A stretch of 64,000 bases of DNA. Source: Escherichia coli (GTDB lineage Bacteria; Pseudomonadota; Gammaproteobacteria; Enterobacterales; Enterobacteriaceae). Shown here piece by piece: positions 1 through 8,417 of this stretch (position 1 is the first letter of the stretch; every line of letters starts with the position of its first letter). The stretch lies in NCBI RefSeq assembly GCF_030384885.1, contig NZ_CP128615.1; one strand, 5' to 3'. Position numbers and translations under genes: made by a program. The notes under the pieces were generated by a model. That model was given only the letters and a program-made list of their open reading frames with translations. It did no database searches and had not been told where the DNA came from.

Positions 1-2
1 AG

Positions 3-1565
3 ATGCCTCTGATCACGCGGCTTATGCTGCAAAACTTTAAAAAGTTTCCGGAACTGGACCTGCGCTTCACTCATGACCGTAACATTCTGGTCGGGGATAA
101 TGAGTCCGGGAAAAGCACGATTCTGCTGGCCCTTGACCTTGTGCTGAGCGACAGCCGGCACCGGGTCGAGGCATTGGGTGTGGAATCGCTCCTGTCCCAG
201 TCAGCAGTCAGGCAGTTTCAGGAAGGTGAGCGCCGCGCCGATCGGTTACCCGTGCTGACAGCTGATGTTTTCCTGAGTAATGGGGGAGATCCTGACCTGA
301 ACGGCAGGCAAAATCTGGCGGGTATCGATGCGGATGGTCTCAGAATGCGCATTGCACCCATGACGGAGGAATACGGTCAGGATATACATCATGTCCTGCA
401 GCAGGATCCCGATAATTTTCCCTATGAATACTATTCCGTGCGGTTCAGCACCTTCTCCGGGGGGCATTTTGCCGGCTTCAGACGCTATCTGCGCCATCTG
501 CTGTTAGACAGTGCACGCATCGATAACGAGCACGCCGCACAGGAATATACGCGCACAGTTTACAGCGTCAATGTGCCGGTAGCCGATCGGTACCGGCTTG
601 AAAACAGTTACCGGCAACAGAAAATGCACTTCTGCACCCGGCATCTGTCAGCCATAAACGACACGCTGGATACGTATCAGTTTGGCGTGCGTTCCGGTGC
701 TAAATCAGGTCTTGAGGCGAATCTGGACATTACCGAGGACGGTATTTCCATTCGTCACCGTGGAAAAGGAAGGCAGTGCTTCATCAAAACAGAGTTTGCA
801 CTGCAGCGGCATCAGCAGCAGGGAGAGCTCCACGCACTGTTGCTTGAGGAGCCGGAGAATCATCTCAGCCATGTCAGTATGAAGAGGCTGGTTAATCAGC
901 TTGCAACTGAACGGCAGACGCAGGTGTTTATTGCCACACACAGCAGCCATATCTCATCCCGCCTCGATCTGCGTAAGGCAATCCTCCTCGGGTCTGCCCG
1001 ACCGGTACTGATGAATGAACTTTCCGCTGAGACTGCCGCCTTCTTCATGAAAGCACCGGACAATAATGTGCTGGAATTTGCGCTGGCCAGACGTGTGCTG
1101 CTCGTGGAGGGGGATGCTGAGTTTATTCTGATCGAGGCCTTTTATCGCCGCCTGTATGGCAGGTCGCCGGAGGATGACGGGGTTCACATCATCGCTATCG
1201 GCGGAACGAGTTTCCGTCGTTATCTTGAACTGGCCCGTCTTCTGGAAAATCGCGTCGCGGCCCTTCGTGATAATGACGGCAACTATCAGCAAAACTGCGA
1301 TGAACGCTATGCTGACGTGCTTTGTTCCCGCTCCCGGGTATTTGCTGATCGCGATAACACCCGATCCACATTTGAAATCTGCCTGTATCAGGATAACGCT
1401 GGTCTGTGTGATGCGCTTTTCCGCGGAACACGCCGGACACTCACGGTGCAGGAATACATGCTGGCCAATAAGGCAGAAGCAGCATTCCGGCTGTTACAGC
1501 TGCACGCCGAAGAGCTGACAGTACCTGATTATATTCAGGAGGCACTGGCATGGATAAGAGAGTGA
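3..1565 (+). CDS. OLD-family ABC-type ATPase with C-terminal Toprim-like nuclease domain (GajA-like / class 1 OLD)
   Basis: 520-aa ORF; Walker A GDNESGKST, Walker B LLEEPE, C-terminal VLLVEGDAEF...RDNDGN Toprim-like motifs; stop overlaps start of downstream helicase gene. Confidence 0.75.
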   Translation: MPLITRLMLQNFKKFPELDLRFTHDRNILVGDNESGKSTILLALDLVLSDSRHRVEALGVESLLSQSAVRQFQEGERRADRLPVLTADVFLSNGGDPDLNGRQNLAGIDADGLRMRIAPMTEEYGQDIHHVLQQDPDNFPYEYYSVRFSTFSGGHFAGFRRYLRHLLLDSARIDNEHAAQEYTRTVYSVNVPVADRYRLENSYRQQKMHFCTRHLSAINDTLDTYQFGVRSGAKSGLEANLDITEDGISIRHRGKGRQCFIKTEFALQRHQQQGELHALLLEEPENHLSHVSMKRLVNQLATERQTQVFIATHSSHISSRLDLRKAILLGSARPVLMNELSAETAAFFMKAPDNNVLEFALARRVLLVEGDAEFILIEAFYRRLYGRSPEDDGVHIIAIGGTSFRRYLELARLLENRVAALRDNDGNYQQNCDERYADVLCSRSRVFADRDNTRSTFEICLYQDNAGLCDALFRGTRRTLTVQEYMLANKAEAAFRLLQLHAEELTVPDYIQEALAWIRE

Positions 1566-2572
1566 TATTTGCGGTTGCCGGCTCGGGCAAGACCACGCTG
1601 CTGATACAGCGGTTGAGTGAGGACCGGCGGACGCTGATCCTGACCTTCACCGTGAATAATGAAGCGCATCTCCGGGCGCAGATTATCAGACGTTTTGGCT
1701 TTATCCCGGACGGGATCAGGGTGATGACCTGGTTTGAGTTTCTGCACGGTTTTTGCTTCAGGCCTTTCCTGCAGGAGCAGCTGGCATCGCGTGGGCTGAG
1801 CTTCGACCAGCCCCCACCCAGAATACCGCGCACGAATGCCCGGCATTATCAGGATCCCGCCGGACGGCTGTATCACCGGAGGCTCGCACACTTACTCACA
1901 GCCCGGGGGCTGCTGCCAGATATCCGTACCCGGCTTGCCCGTTACTACGATGAACTGCTTGTCGATGAAGTCCAGGACTTTGCCGGACATGACTTTAATT
2001 TTCTGCTGGAGCTCTGCCGCGCGGAAATCACTGTGCTCTGTTGCGGCGATTTTTATCAACATACCTTTGATACAAGCCATGACGGCAACGTTAATTCAAC
2101 GCTGCACGATGACATTACGCGATATGAGGCCCGCTTCGACGCAGCAGGTTTCACGGTTGACCGGGACACGCTCAACCGGACATGGCGTTGCTCAGCTTCA
2201 GTGTGCGAGTTTATCACCGGACAACTGAACATCCGTATCGCTGCCCATGGGATACATGCCACCCTGATTGAAACGATCACAGATGCAGAGCGCACAGCCA
2301 CCCTGCACGCCGATAATACGGTGATTAAGCTCTTCTATCGTGAACATCACCGTTACGGCTGCTATTCCATGAACTGGGGCGTCAGTAAAGGGCTCGACCA
2401 CTTTCAGGATGTCTGCATTGTGATGGGATCTTCCCACTGGAAGCTTCTGACCCGTCAGGAACTGGCAGCCCTTCCACCGTCGTCCCGTAACAGGCTGTAC
2501 GTGGCATGCTCACGGGCGCGCGGCAACATTTATTTTGTTCCCGAAATTCATCTGCGCCGATTCCGGAACTGA
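1550..2572 (+). CDS. compact UvrD/Rep-like SF1 helicase (GajB-like partner of the OLD nuclease)
   Basis: 340-aa ORF; AGSGKTT Walker A, DEVQDF motif II, YVACSRARG C-terminal motif; 16-bp overlap with upstream gene. Confidence 0.7.
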   Translation: MDKRVIFAVAGSGKTTLLIQRLSEDRRTLILTFTVNNEAHLRAQIIRRFGFIPDGIRVMTWFEFLHGFCFRPFLQEQLASRGLSFDQPPPRIPRTNARHYQDPAGRLYHRRLAHLLTARGLLPDIRTRLARYYDELLVDEVQDFAGHDFNFLLELCRAEITVLCCGDFYQHTFDTSHDGNVNSTLHDDITRYEARFDAAGFTVDRDTLNRTWRCSASVCEFITGQLNIRIAAHGIHATLIETITDAERTATLHADNTVIKLFYREHHRYGCYSMNWGVSKGLDHFQDVCIVMGSSHWKLLTRQELAALPPSSRNRLYVACSRARGNIYFVPEIHLRRFRN

Positions 2573-2699
2573 GTCAGCTGCTTCTCAGTCGGGCACAATT
2601 CAGAAATAAAGCTGTATGGCCAACGATGTCACTTCAGGCTGGAAAAGTGCGGATCCGGTTTTGCCTTTTTTCGGATCTGAGCGGGAAAAGTGAGAAACC

Positions 2700-2861
2700 A
2701 ACATAGGTGTAACATATCCATATGCCGGGCATCTGCATAGGCAAAGCATACGCATATACCTACCATCTGCATATGTAACACCTATACAAGCCGGGCTTGC
2801 AGGCATATACTTCACCTATGCGGGAATACTCCCTGGCACACTCAGCATATGAGGAAAAACC
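2700..2861 (+). promoter_or_regulatory. putative vagCD promoter/operator (inverted repeat ATAGGTGT/ACACCTAT, CATCTGCATA direct repeats)
   Basis: repeat-rich region immediately upstream of vagC; a related repeat-rich region precedes the second vagC copy at 58860-59026. Confidence 0.4.
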
Positions 2862-3092
2862 ATGCGCACAGTTTCGATATTTAAAAACGGCAATAACCGC
2901 GCCATCCGTCTGCCCCGGGACCTGGATTTTGATGGCGTCAGCGAGCTGGAGATCGTCCGGGAAGGGGACAGCATCATTCTGCGTCCCGTCCGGCCGACCT
3001 GGGGCTCGTTCGCGCAGCTGGACAGGGCCGATCCGGACTTTATGGCGGAGCGTGAGGATGTGGTCAGCGATGAAGGACGCTTTGAGCCATGA
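2862..3092 (+). CDS. vagC: VagC/VapB-type antitoxin (AbrB/SpoVT fold)
   Basis: 76-aa ORF MRTVSIFKNGNNRAIRLPRDL...; 4-bp overlap with downstream PIN toxin. Confidence 0.9.
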   Translation: MRTVSIFKNGNNRAIRLPRDLDFDGVSELEIVREGDSIILRPVRPTWGSFAQLDRADPDFMAEREDVVSDEGRFEP

Positions 3093-3505
3093 AGAAAACC
3101 TGGATGCTCGACACCAACATCTGCTCGTTCATCATGCGCGAGCAGCCGGCAGCGGTGCTGAAGCGCCTGGAGCAGGCGGTGCTGCGCGGTGATCGCATTG
3201 TGGTCTCGGCCGTGACGTATGCCGAGATGCGCTTCGGCGCCACCGGCCCGAAGGCCTCGCCGCGCCATATTCAGCTGGTCGACGCGTTCTGCGCGCGCCT
3301 CGATGCCGTCCTGCCCTGGGACCGCGCCGCGGTGGACGCCACGACGGACATCCGGGTGGCGCTGCGCCTAGCCGGGACGCCGATCGGCCCGAATGACACG
3401 GCCATTGCCGGGCACGCCATCGCGGCGGGCGCCATCCTGGTGACGAACAATGTGAGAGAGTTTGCGCGGGTCCCGGGCCTGGTGCTGGAAGACTGGGTGA
3501 AATAA
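3089..3505 (+). CDS. vagD: VagD/VapC PIN-domain toxin
   Basis: 138-aa ORF MKKTWMLDTNICSFIM... with PIN acidic residues; overlaps vagC stop. Confidence 0.9.
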   Translation: MKKTWMLDTNICSFIMREQPAAVLKRLEQAVLRGDRIVVSAVTYAEMRFGATGPKASPRHIQLVDAFCARLDAVLPWDRAAVDATTDIRVALRLAGTPIGPNDTAIAGHAIAAGAILVTNNVREFARVPGLVLEDWVK

Positions 3506-3547
3506 TCCCGTAATAATTTCCGTGACGGAGACGACAGACATGAATGG

Positions 3548-3608
3548 GCTTTGTTGAATAAATCGAACTTTTGCTGAGTTGAAGGATCAGATCACGCATC
3601 CTCCCGAC
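3548..3608 (+). mobile_element. IS903-like (IS5 family) terminal fragment including IR GGCTTTGTTGAATAAATC
   Basis: matches the first ~61 bp of the intact IS903-like copy at 23903; homology stops where the IS3-family element begins. Confidence 0.65.
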
Positions 3609-3708
3609 TGGATTTGCCCCTATATTTCCAGACACCTGTTATCACTTAATGGAGTGACCCCGAGCCCGTAGACAAATCTGCCCTATAGTTTGAGCATAGG
3701 AGGAGTCT

Positions 3709-3993
3709 ATGGGCACATCACGTTTTACCCCTGAATTTAAGGAAGAGGCCGTCCGCCAGATCACCGAGCGGGGCTATTCTATTGCTGAAGTATCTGAACG
3801 GCTCGGCGTGTCGGCGCACAGCCTATATAAATGGCTCCGGGCTGTTAAGCCTGACAACAGTGGACAGCAGGCACAGGATTTACTGGATGCCAGAACAGAA
3901 ATTCTCAGGCTGAAAGCACAGCTTAAACGCACTGAGGAAGAGCGGGATATTCTGAAAAAGGCAGCGCGGTACTTTGCAAGGGAGCCCGACTGA
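3709..3993 (+). CDS. IS3-family transposase OrfA (HTH)
   Basis: 94-aa ORF with HTH (YSIAEVSERLGVSAHSLYKW) and leucine-zipper-like C-terminus. Confidence 0.85.
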   Translation: MGTSRFTPEFKEEAVRQITERGYSIAEVSERLGVSAHSLYKWLRAVKPDNSGQQAQDLLDARTEILRLKAQLKRTEEERDILKKAARYFAREPD

Positions 3994-4567
3994 AGTATCG
4001 CTTTATCAACGATCACCGTGAAATCTGGTCGATCGTTACAATGTGTCGGGTCCTTAAGGTTGCCCGTGCCGGATTTTATGTCTGGCTCCATAACCCTGTA
4101 TCTGCCGGAGAAAAGGATAACCAGCGACTGCTGGAACTCATCCGCGACTCCTATACGCTGAGTGGTGGAGTTTACGGTTATCGCAGGGTTCATGGCGATC
4201 TTCGCGAAATTGGCGAAGTGTGCAGCAGAAACCGGGTTGCCAAAATCATGAGGAAAAACAGGATTCAGGCTATACATGGTTATAAAGTGCCACGCGGGAG
4301 CCGGGGACGACCGTCACTGATAGCGCCTAATCACGTGCGGCGTGAATTTACTGTAGTGAAGCCCAATCAGGTGTGGGTCACCGACATCACCTACATCCGC
4401 ACCTGGCAGGGCTGGCTGTACCTGGCAGTGGTTATCGATCTTTTTGCCCGTAATGTGGTGGGCTGGTCGATGAAGCCGACACTGTCGCGCGAGCTGGCAC
4501 TGGATGCGCTGCTGATGGCGGTCTGGCGACGTAAACCTGAAGAAAACGTCATTGTGCACAGCGATAG

Positions 4568-5941
4568 TAATAATGCCGATGTCAGTCTTTACCACCACTT
4601 AGTTTGCCGTTTAACCAGATTGGTGTGATTACTGATGCAGTGAAGACCTTCCCGCATCCTGACTCACACAGCGATCGACCTTTTGTGTCCTGCCCTGGAC
4701 CCGTCGGTTGCCGGAAGCGCCTTCATGCGAGGCATCTCCTCACCGATGCGCGTGACTCAAGAAGGGCCTGACGGCTTGTCTCGTTACTGTCCTGTCCGGG
4801 TTATCTGTCTGGAGATTCAACTCTGTTTCCTCACAGGAGCTCTGTCATGGTTGATAAAGTTACCGAAGCTGCCGTTGTGGGTGGCGTGGATACACATAAA
4901 GATTTGCACGTTGCCGCTGTCGTAGATCAGAACAATAAAGTCCTTGGGACTCAGTATTTCTCCACAACACGACAAGGTTACCGGCAGATGCTGGCATGGA
5001 TGACCTCGTTTGGGACATTAAAGCGAATTGGTGTTGAGTGCACAGGTACCTATGGTTCCGGTTTGCTTCGTTATTTTCAGAACGCCGGGTTAGAAGTTCT
5101 TGAGGTGACTGCTCCAGACCGGATGGAGCGACGCAAACGGGGTAAAAGTGACACAATTGATGCTGAATGTGCCGCTCATGCAGCATTCTCAGGCATCAGG
5201 ACAGTTACTCCCAAAACGCGTGATGGCATGATTGAGTCCCTGCGGGTATTAAAAACTTGCCGAAAAACAGCAATATCAGCCCGCAGAGTCGCTCTCCAGA
5301 TTATCCATTCAAATATTATCTCTGCCCCGGATGAATTACGTGAACAGCTCAGAAATATGACGCGCATGCAGCTCATCAGGACCCTGGGTTCCTGGAGACC
5401 TGATGCCAGTGAATACCGCAATGTAACCAACGTTTATCGCATTTCATTAAAGTCCCTTGCCCGACGCTATCTCGAGTTACATGACGAAATCGCTGATCTG
5501 GATGTCATGATTGCGGCAATTGTCGACGAGTTGGCACCTGAGCTGATTAAACGTAATGCTATCGGATACGAAAGCGCTTCACAGTTGCTGATCACTGCCG
5601 GAGACAATCCTCAACGGTTAAGATCAGAATCAGGATTTGCGGCACTGTGTGGTGTCAGCCCGGTCCCCGTTTCTTCTGGAAAAACGAACCGTTACCGACT
5701 TAATCGTGGTGGAGATCGTGCTGCAAATAGTGCACTTCACATCATCGCCATCGGACGCTTACGAACTGACGCAAAAACAAAGGAATATGTCGCCAGGCGT
5801 GTAGCCGAAGGACATACAAAAATGGAAGCGATACGCTGTCTAAAGCGATATATCTCCCGCGAAGTTTACACGTTACTGCGCAATCAAAACAGGCGGATCA
5901 ACAGTATCCCGATAACAGCTTGACTCTTAGAAGGGCGTCCA
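4568..5941 (+). mobile_element. IS110-family insertion sequence (about 1374 bp, no obvious terminal IRs)
   Basis: precisely interrupts the IS3 orfB codon run HSD|RGSQY (2-bp junction ambiguity); carries a DEDD-type transposase gene. Confidence 0.75.
4847..5923 (+). CDS. IS110-family (DEDD) transposase
   Basis: 358-aa ORF; N-terminal GVDTHKDLHVAAV, C-terminal ...NRGGDRAANSALHIIAIGRLR... typical of IS110 family. Confidence 0.85.
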   Translation: MVDKVTEAAVVGGVDTHKDLHVAAVVDQNNKVLGTQYFSTTRQGYRQMLAWMTSFGTLKRIGVECTGTYGSGLLRYFQNAGLEVLEVTAPDRMERRKRGKSDTIDAECAAHAAFSGIRTVTPKTRDGMIESLRVLKTCRKTAISARRVALQIIHSNIISAPDELREQLRNMTRMQLIRTLGSWRPDASEYRNVTNVYRISLKSLARRYLELHDEIADLDVMIAAIVDELAPELIKRNAIGYESASQLLITAGDNPQRLRSESGFAALCGVSPVPVSSGKTNRYRLNRGGDRAANSALHIIAIGRLRTDAKTKEYVARRVAEGHTKMEAIRCLKRYISREVYTLLRNQNRRINSIPITA

Positions 5942-6325
5942 GGGCAGTCAGTATGGCAGTGATGACTGGCAGCGGTTCTGCCGGGCCAATAATCTGGTAC
6001 CGAGCATGAGCCGTCGCGGCAACTGCTGGGATAATGCAGTGGCAGAATCGTTCTTCAGTTCACTCAAAAAAGAGCGCATCAGGAAGCGGATATACAAAAC
6101 CCGGGACATGGCCCGGGCGGATATTTTCGATTATATTGAAGTGTTCTACAACCGGGCCCGGCGCCACAGTCATCTCGGCGGCGTCAGCCCGGAGGCCTTC
6201 GAAAAGGCCTCGCAGTGAGGACAGAAACTGTCTACCGGAGCGTGGTCACTCCACATTTAAAGAAACGAGCTTTGGTAAACATACCTGTAATGACTCCATA
6301 AAATGGCGCGTCAAACGACACCTAA

Positions 6326-8401
6326 TCAATTAACCCCAAGCGCCTTAAACACGGCATCGACGGGGTCTGCATAAAAGCTGATCTGGAATTTTGAGAACAA
6401 CTCAGCAGGAACCGTTGGAATATCTGAGGCTGAGGCCATTGGGAGCAAAATACGCTTTGCGCCACTGTCCATAGCTAACTGAAGACTGCCTGCAAGATCT
6501 TGAACAGGATTGACGACACCACCTAAAGTCATCTCACCCAAAACAACCATCTGCTCTTGAATCGGTCGGTTCATCAGAATTGAACAGAACGCAATTAATG
6601 CAGCGAGCGATGACTTTGTACTTGGCCCCGTATTGTGGAGCTCAACAACATGGAGGTGATACTCATGATCAGAAAACTTCGCCGACGCACTGATTCTATT
6701 CAGGTTACCTTTGAAATAATCAAAGCCAACACGCACAGCTTCTTTCGCTGCGGTATTCGAACCAAGGCCAGACACTGAGTGTTTACCAGAACCAGCCATC
6801 ATCTGGGTTTCATAGCGATATAACCCAAGCTGCCCAGTGCTTCCCTGAGTAACCAAGTGCACGACACCAGCGCGAGGTAAGCCCTCAGGAATTAGCTTGC
6901 TGCCACCTTGTTCCGGTACATTGATGAAGAATTCTTCTAATGAATCGTTATCGATGTAGCTAAAGTGCACATCAAAAAATTCCATTCCGCCAAGCTTTTT
7001 CAATTGCTCTTTGACTCTACGTCTAGTTTCCAGCGCATAGGTCAGGCAGGCTCTTACATCATCTTTTGTGTACTGTGCGTCGGGGTGTAGTAGCTTTAAC
7101 AAGCCCGAAACAGTTCTGCGTACAGCAATTACATCACGCTGATTAAGGTTATTACCGAGTTTGAAGAACTTATCGATAGCATCCGCAAAACTTCTTTTGC
7201 GCATTTCACGCATGTATTCAGCAAGATAGTCTGTGATTAATCCGTAACTATTGGTGAAAAACTCAGGACGCATCTTCGGTATTTCCCATCCAGGAATATA
7301 GGAATGGAAACGGTCAAAAAAAGCAGTGTCAATCATGGCTTCAGGAAAAGGTGCCAACAGATGACTGGTCTTCACCAGTGTCTCAACGCTTTGATTGATG
7401 TTACCGACGAATACCATGGAAGCCTTCGCTTCGATTGAATCACGACCACGGGCAAAAGACCCTGACGCCATATAATCTTTCATTATTTGGACGCCGTCTT
7501 TGTCTTTAAAGTTAATACCCGCTACTTCATCAAAGGCGACAACATCCCACATTCCGACCAACCCAACTTGGCGCGAGCTCATGTTATAGAACAAGTTCGC
7601 CACAGTTGTTTGTCCGCCCGAGACAAGCAATGAGTTTGGTGAGCACTCCTTGTAGACATGGCTTTTACCTGTCCCTCTTGGTCCGAGCTCACAAACGTTG
7701 TAGTTGTTTTCAACGAATGGGATCATACGAGTGATAAGATGCCATTTCACCCGATGCTCTAAGTTGGTTGGCTCCATACCCACGGAACGAAGCAACACAT
7801 CCATCCACTGATCGGTACTAAAATGTCTTCTGGTTGAAAACACCTCATCCATGTTCATGGACGGCATTTGTATCGGTTTTAAACTCATAATGGAGAAAGG
7901 TGATGTCTTCTGACCTTCCTCAAAGAAATACTGGACGGTAATAATGCACCAGATGCCGCCAGTTAATAATTTTTCGTTGTCTTGTACTATTTTGGTCGGT
8001 ACAAGGGCATCCTTGATACCCAGGTTCGACAACGCAGCTTCATAGACGTCTTTTTTCTGGTTGAGCTTAACGCTTACTTTGTCGATGATTTTAAACGTGC
8101 CGCGTTCACGGATCAGTGACTTCACTTTCTCCGCTTCATCTGGTCGGACATAGTTCTCAGCCAAGATTTTTTTTACATTATCAAGGCCTTGCATTACAAC
8201 TTCGTCGTCATCGGACGCACAATACATGCCTAGTAAATACTCAAGCACATAGACAGGGACGTTAGCGCCTTCTTTCAATTGCTTTGTCAGATCTTTTCGA
8301 ACGACACGGCCTTTAAAATATTGGTTGAGCAATGCGTCTAAATCGGCGCTTTGCATCTGATTTTTTTCGTCTTTATGATCTTGTGAAAAATCAGTTGTCA
8401 T
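6326..8401 (-). CDS. brxL: BREX BrxL (Lon-like protease domain protein)
   Basis: 691-aa ORF, last gene of the BREX operon; P-loop GPRGTGKSH and Lon-like C-terminus. Confidence 0.85.
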   Translation of the reverse strand: MTTDFSQDHKDEKNQMQSADLDALLNQYFKGRVVRKDLTKQLKEGANVPVYVLEYLLGMYCASDDDEVVMQGLDNVKKILAENYVRPDEAEKVKSLIRERGTFKIIDKVSVKLNQKKDVYEAALSNLGIKDALVPTKIVQDNEKLLTGGIWCIITVQYFFEEGQKTSPFSIMSLKPIQMPSMNMDEVFSTRRHFSTDQWMDVLLRSVGMEPTNLEHRVKWHLITRMIPFVENNYNVCELGPRGTGKSHVYKECSPNSLLVSGGQTTVANLFYNMSSRQVGLVGMWDVVAFDEVAGINFKDKDGVQIMKDYMASGSFARGRDSIEAKASMVFVGNINQSVETLVKTSHLLAPFPEAMIDTAFFDRFHSYIPGWEIPKMRPEFFTNSYGLITDYLAEYMREMRKRSFADAIDKFFKLGNNLNQRDVIAVRRTVSGLLKLLHPDAQYTKDDVRACLTYALETRRRVKEQLKKLGGMEFFDVHFSYIDNDSLEEFFINVPEQGGSKLIPEGLPRAGVVHLVTQGSTGQLGLYRYETQMMAGSGKHSVSGLGSNTAAKEAVRVGFDYFKGNLNRISASAKFSDHEYHLHVVELHNTGPSTKSSLAALIAFCSILMNRPIQEQMVVLGEMTLGGVVNPVQDLAGSLQLAMDSGAKRILLPMASASDIPTVPAELFSKFQISFYADPVDAVFKALGVN

Positions 8402-8417
8402 GTTTCACCTCAGCGCC

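Larger units (their letters stand above)
4041..6218 (+). pseudogene. IS3-family transposase OrfB (rve/DDE), split by IS110-family insertion
   Basis: N-terminal part 4041-4567 ends ...VIVHSD; C-terminal part 5942-6218 resumes RGSQY...SMSRRGNCWDNAVAESFF; the reading frame is continuous across the insertion. Confidence 0.8.
3609..6320 (+). mobile_element. IS3-family insertion sequence, itself interrupted by an IS110-family element
   Basis: starts TGGATTTGCCCC...; orfA plus split orfB; right end approximate (imperfect IR ...GCGCGTCAAACGACA), ends about 5 bp from brxL stop. Confidence 0.6.

Noticed and set aside
2797-3192. 131-aa ORF overlapping vagC/vagD in another frame (and its counterpart 58782-59282)
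   Set aside because: Alternative-frame read-through of a compact, well-supported toxin-antitoxin operon.
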